DNA of 32,000 nt from Synechocystis sp. PCC 6803 substr. PCC-P. GTDB taxonomy: Bacteria > Cyanobacteriota > Cyanobacteriia > Cyanobacteriales > Microcystaceae. A program made the position numbers and the translations under genes. The stretch is taken from positions 1,950,001-1,982,000 of the forward strand of contig NC_017039.1 in assembly GCF_000284455.1 (NCBI RefSeq). The letters are read 5' to 3'. Shown piece after piece: positions 1-8,463 of this stretch. The notes below the pieces were generated by a model. The model did not search any database. It had not been told where the DNA came from and saw nothing but the letters and a program-made list of their open reading frames with translations. The first letter of the stretch is position 1. Each line of letters starts with the position of its first letter.

Positions 1-1298
1 TCACGGGACGGGTGGAACAGGACGATGCCTATTTATTAGCTATGAGCGATGTGGTGCAGGAAATCCAAGGTTGTAAACGGTTACTGTTCACTATTTTTGA
101 AGATGGCCGTCCCTGGCCCGAAGACGGTTGGGAAGAGAAATCCACCTATAGGGAGTTAATTGAGCTGCGGCCGGAATCCTACCAGTGGGGTCCCCTAATT
201 TTTGCCCATAACACCCCCTCCCTCAAGGGTTTTTGGCAACGGAAATGGGAACGGGTTTGTGAGGTGATGTACAAAGGCGATCGGTGGATCACTGGCTGTG
301 GTAACCACGATACGGTGCGCCGGGGTAACCAAATTGACCACCATAACTCGGAAATTAACTGGAATTTGGGCACAACTTTGCCGGAAGTGTTGCACAATGC
401 CTACGACAATCCGGCCACCTTATTGTGGGTCTATGGTTTTTGCCCGGGCTTACCGATGGATTTTTTAAATGCCATGATGCACAGTCCCTGGGGGTTTTTC
501 CGCAACACCGATGAACGCTATGGCGTGAAAGTAGCTTTTGAAGAAGCGGGTTTTCTCGATTGGCAAATTTCCCCGGAGTTATACCAGCACCCCCAACTAT
601 TTCCCCAACTAAAGGCCCTGGGTTTTAAAGATTTGGCACTGTTGCAACGGTTTATGAAGGCAGTGGCCGATGCCATGGTGAAAAAAGATTTTCAGCTCGA
701 AGCGGTAGCTAAGGCCTGTCGCCATTGTTTGGGCTATGAGCCTGAGGAAGATGGGGACGCGGCGGCCTGTGATCTGGAATTACTCAGTCAGTTTAAACAT
801 GCCGAACAACCGGAATTTGTTACCCGTTTGGATGTGCCGAAGTTGAAAAAATTTGCTAGGGCTTTTATGGAAGATGGCCACGAAGCTTGTCGGGTATCCT
901 ATCATTTCGACCAAGTGGACCCAGAAAGAAGTCGTTTTAACTTGGCATTGCGCAATTACCGACGGCAACATCCCTGGTTACACCACAATCTCCAAGACGG
1001 CGATCGCTTTAACCGCATCCATGAAAATGACCACACTCTTTTTTATGGTCTCAGGACTAACCCCGCCACAGCCCACAGTGATGATCCTGAAAAGGTGGTG
1101 ATGGTGACCCATATGGAGGGAGATCCTGCCATTGTTACCTTGGGGGACTGGTTACAACTGGATTTGCAGGAATGGGAAGTGGCGATCGCCACCCCGGGGG
1201 TGAATGTGGATTCCACGGCGGATTCGTTACGGGTGTTTGAGTTGCGGGATGGCCAGGGTGTGATTTTGCGCAACAGTCGCTCGAAGAAGGAATGCTAG
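1..1298 (+). CDS. gghA: GH13-like glycoside hydrolase, 5'-truncated by the window edge. It is probably the glucosylglycerol hydrolase GghA (slr1670) that sits upstream of glpK in Synechocystis.
   Basis: The reading frame is open from nt 3 to the stop at 1296-1298, so the gene starts upstream of the window. It contains GCGNHDTVRRG, an NHD-type motif typical of the alpha-amylase superfamily. The position directly upstream of glpK matches my memory of the slr1670 locus. Confidence 0.55.
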   Translation, partial: TGRVEQDDAYLLAMSDVVQEIQGCKRLLFTIFEDGRPWPEDGWEEKSTYRELIELRPESYQWGPLIFAHNTPSLKGFWQRKWERVCEVMYKGDRWITGCGNHDTVRRGNQIDHHNSEINWNLGTTLPEVLHNAYDNPATLLWVYGFCPGLPMDFLNAMMHSPWGFFRNTDERYGVKVAFEEAGFLDWQISPELYQHPQLFPQLKALGFKDLALLQRFMKAVADAMVKKDFQLEAVAKACRHCLGYEPEEDGDAAACDLELLSQFKHAEQPEFVTRLDVPKLKKFARAFMEDGHEACRVSYHFDQVDPERSRFNLALRNYRRQHPWLHHNLQDGDRFNRIHENDHTLFYGLRTNPATAHSDDPEKVVMVTHMEGDPAIVTLGDWLQLDLQEWEVAIATPGVNVDSTADSLRVFELRDGQGVILRNSRSKKEC

Positions 1299-1350
1299 GG
1301 CCAACCAGAGCAAGGATTTTTTTTGATTAATTTTTCGGAGGTTACCGTCT

Positions 1351-2838
1351 ATGACAGCAAAACATAATCAGTATGTAATGGCCCTGGATTTGGGCACCAC
1401 CGGCAATCGAGCTATTTTGTTTGATTACGAAGGCAATATTGTCGGGCAAGCTTACAAAGAGTTAACCCAGTTCTATCCCAAGGCTGGCTGGGTGGAGCAC
1501 GATGCCCTGGAAATCTGGCGGGATACGAAAACAGTCATGCAGGAAGTGGTGCAAAAAACCGCTATCCAACCCCAACAAATTGTGGCGATCGGTCTAACGG
1601 TGCAACGGGAAACGTGTTTGCTCTGGGATAAGACCACTGGCCAACCCCTCCATCCGGCAATTGTCTGGCAGGATCGACGCACTGCTCACTTTTGTGGAGA
1701 ATTAACCGCGGCGGGCTACGTGGACGAAATTTATGAGCGCACCGGCCTCGTGTTAGATGCCTATTTTTCGGGCACCAAACTCCATTGGTTATTGGATTGG
1801 GTTAAACAGAGTAAGAGTGTCGATCCAGCTAATCTGTTGGCGGGCACCATTGATAGCTGGGCCCTCTGGAACTTAACTGGGGGTAAAGTACACCGCACGG
1901 ACCACAGCAATGCTAGCCGTACTATGGTGCTCAATTTAGACAGCCTCATCTGGGATGAAAAGCTGTTGGATTTATTCACCATTCCCGCCCAGATTATGCC
2001 GGAGGTGCAACCTAGTTTGAGTTACTTCGGCGTTACCGACCCGGAAATTCTGGGGGTAGAAATTCCCATTACCGCCATTTTTGGTGACCAACAGGCGGCC
2101 CTCTATGCCCACGGCTGCGATCGCCCAGGATTGCTGAAATGTACCTACGGCACGGGGGCTTTTTTGGTGGCGAATACGGGGCAAACGGTAACCCGTTCCC
2201 AACATCGCTTACTTTCCACTGTGGCTTGGACCCAAACCAACCGAGACAAAAGCTTGACAAGGGATTACGCCTTGGAAGGAAGTATGTTCACTGCTGGTTC
2301 CTGTGTGCAATGGCTACGGGATAAGTTGGGTTTAATTGAATCAGCGGCGGCCAGTGAAAGCCTAGCCCGCAGTGTGGATAGCAATGGCGGCGTTTACTTT
2401 GTGCCGGCCCTAAGTGGTTTGGGGGCTCCCCATTGGGACATGAATGCCTGTGGCGCTTTTCTTGGCTTAACAGCAGGGGTAACTAAAGCCCATCTAGTCA
2501 GATCGGTTCTAGAGGCGATCGCCTTCCAAGCCCGGGAAGTGGTGGAGGCCATTAACCAGGATAGTCCCGCCCCCATTCAACAACTGAAAGTAGATGGAGG
2601 AGCCTGTAACAATGACTTTTTGATGCAATGCCAAGCGGATGTTTTAGGCATTCCCGTAGAACGGCCTGCGGTGTTGGATGCCACGGCCCAGGGAGCCGCC
2701 TTTGGAGCCGGGCTAAAAATTGGGTGGAATCAGCTTCAAATTAGGTTTTTCCGAACCTTCCACCACGGGACGATAAGCTTAATTTGTCTTCAATTTCTGC
2801 CCATGCGTATTCAGGAAGGTGTATCCGTTGACCAGTGA
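1351..2838 (+). CDS. glpK: Glycerol kinase (FGGY family)
   Basis: 495-aa ORF. The N-terminus YVMALDLGTTGNRAILFD is the FGGY ATPase phosphate-1 motif. WVEHDALEIW, VWQDRRT and FGDQQAALY are canonical GlpK blocks. An RBS-like GGAGG lies upstream. Confidence 0.95.
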   Translation: MTAKHNQYVMALDLGTTGNRAILFDYEGNIVGQAYKELTQFYPKAGWVEHDALEIWRDTKTVMQEVVQKTAIQPQQIVAIGLTVQRETCLLWDKTTGQPLHPAIVWQDRRTAHFCGELTAAGYVDEIYERTGLVLDAYFSGTKLHWLLDWVKQSKSVDPANLLAGTIDSWALWNLTGGKVHRTDHSNASRTMVLNLDSLIWDEKLLDLFTIPAQIMPEVQPSLSYFGVTDPEILGVEIPITAIFGDQQAALYAHGCDRPGLLKCTYGTGAFLVANTGQTVTRSQHRLLSTVAWTQTNRDKSLTRDYALEGSMFTAGSCVQWLRDKLGLIESAAASESLARSVDSNGGVYFVPALSGLGAPHWDMNACGAFLGLTAGVTKAHLVRSVLEAIAFQAREVVEAINQDSPAPIQQLKVDGGACNNDFLMQCQADVLGIPVERPAVLDATAQGAAFGAGLKIGWNQLQIRFFRTFHHGTISLICLQFLPMRIQEGVSVDQ

Positions 2839-3643
2839 CATTGCTTCCATCACCAGCACCCAAAACCCCCTGGTTAAACAATTGCGCCAACTGCACCAAA
2901 CCAAGGGACGGAAACAACAGGGTCAACTTTTGCTGGAAGGCACCCATTTGCTCGAAGTGGCCTTAGCCCAGGGCAAAGGCTTTAACCATGGCTGTTTCAC
3001 CGCAATGTGGCAGGAAAAAAATCCCGTCTTGGCCGATCGCCTAATGGCCCAGTCTGTCCACAGTTATTTGGTCAGTGGGGAAGTTTTGGCAAAAATGGCC
3101 AGCACCGTTAATCCCGACGGCGTGGTAGCAACTTTAACCATGGATCAATTTTGGCGATCGCCGCCCCCCCATGCTCGGTTAGGCCTAGTGCTGGAAAGAT
3201 TACAGGATCCAGGTAACCTGGGCACTATTCTTAGAACCGCCGCCGCCACCGGAGTGGAAGGAATTTGGTTAACCGCTGACTGCGTTGATCCCACCAGCCC
3301 AAAGGTCTTGCGCTCCTCCGCCGGTAGTAGCTTGCTTTTGCCCCAGCAACAACTGCAATCTTTGCCGCCACTCTTGGAAAAATTTCACACCCAGGGATTA
3401 CAACTCATTGCCACCGTTCCCCAGGCAACCCAAACTCTCTGGGAAATTGATTTTCAGCGGCCCACCATAGTCATTTTTGGTAGTGAAGGCCAAGGGCTCA
3501 GCGCTCCCGTGCTGGAACTAACCACCCATCAAGTGGCCATTCCCCAGGCTCCCCAGGTGGAATCCCTCAACGTGGCGATCGCCGTCGGGGTAATGCTCTA
3601 CGAAGCTCGGCGACAACAATGGGCGGCATCAACACCAGGGTAA
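2819..3643 (+). CDS. TrmH/SpoU-family RNA 2'-O-methyltransferase
   Basis: 274-aa ORF with SPOUT motifs LQDPGNLGTILRTAAATG, IVIFGSEGQGLS and IPQAPQVESLNVAIAVGVMLYE. It has a GTG start that overlaps the glpK 3' end by 20 nt; the exact start is uncertain. Confidence 0.85.
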   Translation: MYPLTSDIASITSTQNPLVKQLRQLHQTKGRKQQGQLLLEGTHLLEVALAQGKGFNHGCFTAMWQEKNPVLADRLMAQSVHSYLVSGEVLAKMASTVNPDGVVATLTMDQFWRSPPPHARLGLVLERLQDPGNLGTILRTAAATGVEGIWLTADCVDPTSPKVLRSSAGSSLLLPQQQLQSLPPLLEKFHTQGLQLIATVPQATQTLWEIDFQRPTIVIFGSEGQGLSAPVLELTTHQVAIPQAPQVESLNVAIAVGVMLYEARRQQWAASTPG

Positions 3644-3748
3644 GTTCGGTTCTTTGCCCTCCGGTTTTTTCCTGAAATTGTTACATTGTGTTTATCCCAT
3701 CGGAATCAATCCCAAATCGAGTTCCATTACTAGAAGAGGAGATCCACT

Positions 3749-4099
3749 GTGACCCATGAACCCCAACGTCCCCAACCGTTATTCGCTGGCAATGAAGCCC
3801 CAGGCAAAGATAGTTTGTGGACATACGTTCAAGAATTAAGCCCCGAAACCATTGCCCAATTATCTCGCCCCGATTCCCAGGAAGTGTTTCAGGTGATGGA
3901 GCGCAACATTATCGGTCTGTTGGGAAATTTACCCCCGGAGCACTTTGGGGTAACCATCAGCACTAGCCGGGAAAATTTGGGCCGTCTTTTAGCCTCCGCC
4001 ATGATGAGTGGCTATTTTCTTCGCAACGCCGAGCAAAGGTTAGGATTTGAACAAGCTTTTAAAAGTAGCAGCAACAGCAACGAGAATACCGAATACTAA
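3749..4099 (+). CDS. DUF760-family conserved cyanobacterial/plastid-lineage protein
   Basis: 116-aa ORF with a GTG start preceded by GAGGAG. LWTYVQELSPETIAQLS, LGNLPPEHF and MMSGYFLRNAEQR match my memory of the DUF760 pattern. Confidence 0.7.
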   Translation: MTHEPQRPQPLFAGNEAPGKDSLWTYVQELSPETIAQLSRPDSQEVFQVMERNIIGLLGNLPPEHFGVTISTSRENLGRLLASAMMSGYFLRNAEQRLGFEQAFKSSSNSNENTEY

Positions 4100-4248
4100 C
4101 ACCGAGTTCTATGAGGTGGGATCTGTCCAGATCAAAGCCTCTGCAGGCACCCTAAAGAATAGCTAGATTTTGCTTCTAAGTTTTGGTTTTCCGCCGCATT
4201 GTTCTGGGATTGCCCTGTCTGGAAAATGAACTACCCAGAGTTAATCAT

Positions 4249-4590
4249 ATGCACGAAGTTAGTCTGATGGAGCAAACTTTGGCGATCGCCATTGCCCAGG
4301 CGGAAGACCATGGAGCCAGCCAAATCCATCGTTTAACCCTGCGGGTGGGGCAACAGTCTGGGGTGGTGGCCGATGCCCTACGGTTTGCGTTTGAAGTGGT
4401 GCGACAAAATACCATGGCCGCCGAGGCGAGATTGGAAATTGAAGAAATTCCCGTTACCTGTCGTTGCCAACACTGCCACGAAAATTTTCAGCCAGAGGAT
4501 TGGATTTACCGCTGTCCCCACTGCGACCAGATTAGCCAAACAGTAATGGATGGCAAACAGTTGGAACTAGCATCCCTAGAACTGAGTTGA
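4249..4590 (+). CDS. hypA: Hydrogenase nickel-insertion/maturation protein HypA
   Basis: Starts at the internal ATG at 4249, giving the canonical N-terminus MHEVSLM and a 113-aa length. It has the C-terminal zinc motif CxxC...CPHC (CQHCHENF...RCPHCDQ). The ORF-track start at 4183 would add a non-conserved 22-aa extension. Confidence 0.9.
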
Positions 4591-4717
4591 GCATGGGCCA
4601 AGTCCTAACCGGGGGAGGAACCGCTGTCACCATGGGCTGTGTTAAATTTCTTTAAGCAACCGTAGTTAGATTTTTTCCAAGCTGTATTAACTACGACCAA
4701 TCATCAACTTAATTAAA

Positions 4718-5209
4718 ATGATGTTTCCTCTACTGGCCCTTGAGATTCCTGAACCGATTAAAATTTATAGCCAATTTGGCCACCCCATTATGATGTGGGC
4801 GTTGTTCTTCACTTCGGTGTACGCCATGTGGCTGGGCTTCCAGTCCCGACAAATTCGCTCCGCAGAACCGGAAAAACGGAAGGAGTTGCTCCAAAAAGAT
4901 GTTAAGGGTAAACACTTTATCCTCGGCTCTCTCCTACTTTCCCTAATGGTGTTGGGGACCATTGGCGGCATGGCGGTTACCTATATCAACAATGGCAAGC
5001 TGTTTGTCGGTCCCCACTTACTCGTTGGTCTCGCCATGATTGGTTTAATCGCTACGGCGGCGGCGTTGGTGCCCTGGATGCAAAAGGGTAATGAAACAGC
5101 CCGCTTAACCCACATCACCCTAAATATCACATTGATTGGTTTATTTGGTTGGCAAGCTTTCACTGGGGTGGAAATTGTCCAAAGAATTATCAGCAAATTG
5201 GGCTCCTAG
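4718..5209 (+). CDS. DUF4079-family integral membrane protein
   Basis: 163-aa ORF with about four hydrophobic helices. The HPIMMWALFF motif near the N-terminus is typical of this cyanobacterial family. Confidence 0.7.
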   Translation: MMFPLLALEIPEPIKIYSQFGHPIMMWALFFTSVYAMWLGFQSRQIRSAEPEKRKELLQKDVKGKHFILGSLLLSLMVLGTIGGMAVTYINNGKLFVGPHLLVGLAMIGLIATAAALVPWMQKGNETARLTHITLNITLIGLFGWQAFTGVEIVQRIISKLGS

Positions 5210-5221
5210 GTTGTTACTGTT

Positions 5222-6514
5222 TTGCAAACTTTGCCCGTATTAACCAATCCCGTTGACGTTTTAATCCTGTCCAATGGCCCAGGGGAAGTGACCACCTGGG
5301 TTCGTCCTGTTGTGCAGGCTTTGCGTCAACTTTTGGGCTACAGCCACCTGAGGATTTCGGTGATGCTTTCCCCCTGTCCCCATGCCATGGGTAGGGAAGC
5401 GGAGGTGGTGCGTAGCTATCCAGAAGTGGACCGGGTGCAGAGTAGTGAACATTTTTGGAATTTCTTGCTCTGGGGGAAAACGGCCGAGTCATGGTCCTGG
5501 CATTCCCAAGGGGTGGTGCTTTTTTTGGGGGGAGATCAGTTTTTTGCCCTGGCGATCGCCAAACGGTTGGGCTATCGTTCCGTGGTCTATGCCGAGTGGG
5601 ATGCCCGCTGGCCCCGGTGGATTGATGCCTTTGGGGTGATGAATGAACAAGTACGCCAAGCTTTACCCGAAATTTATCGATCAAAAGCCACCGTCGTGGG
5701 GGATTTGATGGTGGATGTTGATGCCGCCGACGCTCCGGTAGGTCCATCGGCAAAACCTTTAATCGGTCTCCTGCCCGGTTCTAAGGCAACTAAACTGACC
5801 CAGGGAGTGCCCCTGGAAGTGGCGATCGCCGTGGAGTTACAGAAAACCCATCCCCAATGCCGATTTGTGCTTTTTTTGGCGCCCACTGTAGATTTGGAGC
5901 AATTGCAGAGCTACGGACAGGTCAAAACCAACCCCTTGGTTAGTTCCATGGGCAATATTGAAATAGAAGTAATGGAAAAAGAGGGGCAAGAATCCTATTT
6001 GTTGGCAGCAACGGGATTAAGAATTGATATTTGTCGCCAATTTCCCGCCCTGACGGAGTTGAAAAAATTGACCTTCGCCCTAACCACTGTGGGGGCCAAC
6101 ACCGCTCAACTGGGAGCTTTGGGCATCCCCATGGTGATTTTATTGCCTACCCAACACACGGAAGCGCTGAAGCATTTGGACGGTTTACCAGGATTAATTG
6201 CTCGCATTCCCTGGGTGGGACAACAATCCACCCGCCTGATTAATTACCTCATTGCCAAGAAAAAACGTCTCTTTGCTTGGCCCAATCTCTGGGCTGGTCG
6301 GGAAATTGTGCCGGAATTGATGGGGGATCTAACGCCAATGGGGGTGGCTAGTCAATTAACGCCCTGGTTAGACCATCCTGAACAGTTAACCCAGATACGT
6401 CAACAATTACAACAGGTGCGGGGCCAATCCGGGGCGGCGATCGCCATGGCCGAGTTGGTGGCAGAACAAATTGCGGTCCAGCAAACACCAGTTAGGATGA
6501 GTTTGACAAAATAG
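5222..6514 (+). CDS. Lipid-A-disaccharide synthase-related (LpxB-like, GT19-like) protein
   Basis: 430-aa ORF. The N-terminal ILSNGPGEVTTW and C-terminal TTVGANTAQLGALGIPMVILLP resemble the cyanobacterial LpxB-related family. The start codon (TTG at 5222) is uncertain. Confidence 0.7.
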   Translation: MQTLPVLTNPVDVLILSNGPGEVTTWVRPVVQALRQLLGYSHLRISVMLSPCPHAMGREAEVVRSYPEVDRVQSSEHFWNFLLWGKTAESWSWHSQGVVLFLGGDQFFALAIAKRLGYRSVVYAEWDARWPRWIDAFGVMNEQVRQALPEIYRSKATVVGDLMVDVDAADAPVGPSAKPLIGLLPGSKATKLTQGVPLEVAIAVELQKTHPQCRFVLFLAPTVDLEQLQSYGQVKTNPLVSSMGNIEIEVMEKEGQESYLLAATGLRIDICRQFPALTELKKLTFALTTVGANTAQLGALGIPMVILLPTQHTEALKHLDGLPGLIARIPWVGQQSTRLINYLIAKKKRLFAWPNLWAGREIVPELMGDLTPMGVASQLTPWLDHPEQLTQIRQQLQQVRGQSGAAIAMAELVAEQIAVQQTPVRMSLTK

Positions 6515-6650
6515 CTAGCAACTTAGAAAATAGAAGATCGCTTGTCAACTATCCCGCTCGGATCAGGTTACGACAACCATTACCCAAAAATGCCAGAGCT
6601 TAATATTTTTCTGTTGTTTCCCTAGGATCTGTTTGTAATGCCCCCCTAGC

Positions 6651-6669
6651 CCCCCAATTCTGGGGGGGA
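6651..6669. repeat. G/C hairpin CCCCCCaattctgGGGGGG, a member of a small dispersed repeat family
   Basis: Read directly: six C residues pair with six G residues around a 7-nt loop. A closely related copy (CCTCCAAATTCTGGGGGA) lies at 7560-7577. Confidence 0.6.
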
Positions 6670-6683
6670 TCAATTTCAAAGTC

Positions 6684-6699
6684 CCCCAACGTTGGGGGA
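6684..6699. repeat. Perfect 16-nt palindrome CCCCCAACGTTGGGGG
   Basis: Read directly in the intergenic region between the LpxB-like gene and rplU. It is followed by GATTTAGGGGG. Confidence 0.7.
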
Positions 6700-6785
6700 T
6701 TTAGGGGGCAGAGTTAACAAGTTCCTCAAATAAACCAGAAAACTTAACGGCGGCATACCTGTACGGCAATTTACGCAAATAAATT

Positions 6786-7160
6786 ATGAGTTACGCCATT
6801 ATTGAAATTGGGGGAACCCAAATTCGGGTTGAGCCCGGCCGTTTTTACGAGATTAACCACCTCGACGCCGCACCGGAAGACAGCTATGTGGTCGATAAGG
6901 TGTTGCTAGTCAAAGACGGAGACAATGTCACCATTGGCCAGCCCTACGTCGCTGGAGCCACTGTAGAAGGGGAAATTCTCTCCCACCGTCGGGGTCGCAA
7001 AGTCATCGTCTACAAAATGCAACCCAAAAAGAAAACCCGCAAAAAACGGGGTCACCGCCAAGAGCTCACCCGCCTATTGGTGAAATCCATCTCCGTCAAC
7101 GGCACGGCGATCGCCGAGGCCCTCGAAGTGGATGCTAAAACCCCAGTGGTGGCTGGTTAA
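6786..7160 (+). CDS. rplU: 50S ribosomal protein L21
   Basis: 124 aa. The N-terminus MSYAIIEIGGTQIRVEPG and the KKRGHRQ block are canonical L21. It lies directly upstream of rpmA. Confidence 0.97.
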   Translation: MSYAIIEIGGTQIRVEPGRFYEINHLDAAPEDSYVVDKVLLVKDGDNVTIGQPYVAGATVEGEILSHRRGRKVIVYKMQPKKKTRKKRGHRQELTRLLVKSISVNGTAIAEALEVDAKTPVVAG

Positions 7161-7267
7161 GACAACAACCAGTCAAATTTGGCTAGTATTGTAGGTCGGG
7201 TACAATCAGAACTCGCTGGCTAGCCTGAAAAAAATTTGTTAACCATTAACAGGAGACATTAATAACC

Positions 7268-7531
7268 ATGGCCCATAAGAAAGGAACGGGGAGTACCCGG
7301 AACGGTCGCGATTCTAACGCCCAACGCTTGGGAGTCAAACGCTACGGTGGTCAAACCGTTACCGCTGGCAGCATCATCGTGCGTCAACGGGGTACCCAAG
7401 TTCATCCCGGCAACAACGTCGGCCGGGGCAAAGATGACACCCTTTTCGCTTTGATTGACGGTGTGGTTAAGTTTGAGCATAAAACCAGAAGCCGCCGCAA
7501 AGTGAGTGTTTATCCCGCCACTGCTGAATAA
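7268..7531 (+). CDS. rpmA: 50S ribosomal protein L27
   Basis: 87 aa. [24 protein letters not shown] is the canonical L27 N-terminus. An AGGAGA RBS lies upstream. Confidence 0.97.
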   Translation: MAHKKGTGSTRNGRDSNAQRLGVKRYGGQTVTAGSIIVRQRGTQVHPGNNVGRGKDDTLFALIDGVVKFEHKTRSRRKVSVYPATAE

Positions 7532-7555
7532 ACTTCCATCAAGTTAGAATGCTTA

Positions 7556-7590
7556 AAATCCTCCAAATTCTGGGGGATTTACTGTTTTTA
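7556..7590 (+). terminator. Rho-independent terminator of the rplU-rpmA operon
   Basis: A 9-bp stem AAAUCCUCC/GGGGGAUUU (one G-U pair) with a 7-nt loop, followed by ACTGTTTTT. It begins 25 nt after the rpmA stop. Confidence 0.6.
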
Positions 7591-7609
7591 CCCCTGTAAC
7601 TCAGCTTCG

Positions 7610-8353
7610 ATGTCCTTTGATACCCCGCTCAAACCCTATCTTGCTATTCCCATCCAAGATTGTGGTGAACCCCTCGCCCCCATCAATCTTGAAGGCGTTA
7701 AATCGCTTAAACCCCATCCCTACGCACAAGTAGGAGCGGATTACCAAGGGCGATCGCCTTACGTATTGCGTACTGGAGTTTTAAAAAGATTGGATCAGGC
7801 TCGGTTGACCTTGGCTGACATTGAGCCGAGCTGGGAGATTTTAGTATTTGATGCTTACCGCCCGATCGCCGTTCAACAGTTTATGGTGGATCACACTTTT
7901 GCCGAAATTGTGGCGAGAGATGGCTTACAAGGCCAAGTTTTAACCCCCGAACAAAAGGAAAATATTTATCACCAGGTTTATCAAATTTGGGCCGTTCCCA
8001 ACAATAATCCCCTCACCCCTCCGCCCCACAGCACGGGAGCAGCTCTGGACATAACGTTGCTGGATGACTTAGGGCAACCTGTGGATATGGGGGGAGAAAT
8101 TGACGAATTATCAGCCCGTTCCCTGCCCAATTATTATCAAACAGTGGAACCGAATAGCGATCGCCAAAGGAAAGAATTTGAGCAATATCAAAGACGACGA
8201 GAACTCTTAAATACCATCATGGAAAGCGCCGGGTTTCTGCGGCATCCGGGGGAATGGTGGCATTTTTCCCAAGGGGATCAACTCTGGGCATGGCAATATA
8301 ATCAACGACATCCAGACCACCAAAAGATCGCCTACTACGGCCGGGTTGAATGA
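7610..8353 (+). CDS. D-alanyl-D-alanine dipeptidase (VanX/DdpX family, peptidase M15D)
   Basis: 247 aa. It has FDAYRP, the zinc-ligand block PPHSTGAALDITL and GEWWHF, all characteristic of VanX-type dipeptidases. Confidence 0.8.
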   Translation: MSFDTPLKPYLAIPIQDCGEPLAPINLEGVKSLKPHPYAQVGADYQGRSPYVLRTGVLKRLDQARLTLADIEPSWEILVFDAYRPIAVQQFMVDHTFAEIVARDGLQGQVLTPEQKENIYHQVYQIWAVPNNNPLTPPPHSTGAALDITLLDDLGQPVDMGGEIDELSARSLPNYYQTVEPNSDRQRKEFEQYQRRRELLNTIMESAGFLRHPGEWWHFSQGDQLWAWQYNQRHPDHQKIAYYGRVE

Positions 8354-8463
8354 TGTTCAAATTTTGTTTACAAAGCTTTAATTTGTTTATTTAATCTCGG
8401 AAAATGTTGAAGAATAAATTAAAACTTGAGCAACAGATTTTTTAAAATTCTAACAAGCAGATA

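Noticed and set aside
4183-4248. N-terminal extension of hypA from the ORF-track start.
   Set aside because: HypA proteins start MHE.S.. and are about 113 aa. The internal ATG at 4249 gives exactly that, and the extension has no conserved character.
5214-5753. 179-aa ORF on the - strand inside the LpxB-like gene. The same applies to 15534-16148 (+) inside putA, 28317-28823 (+) inside fni, and 31083-31403 (-) opposite psaE.
   Set aside because: These are antisense shadow ORFs inside well-supported genes. Their products are Pro/Arg/Gly-rich and low in complexity, with no recognisable motifs or RBS. This is typical of GC-skewed opposite frames.
6641-6710. Possible CRISPR or other array, suggested by the repeated G/C-rich palindromes.
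   Set aside because: There are only two or three short, non-identical units without regular spacers. No cas genes or repeat-spacer periodicity appear anywhere in the window.
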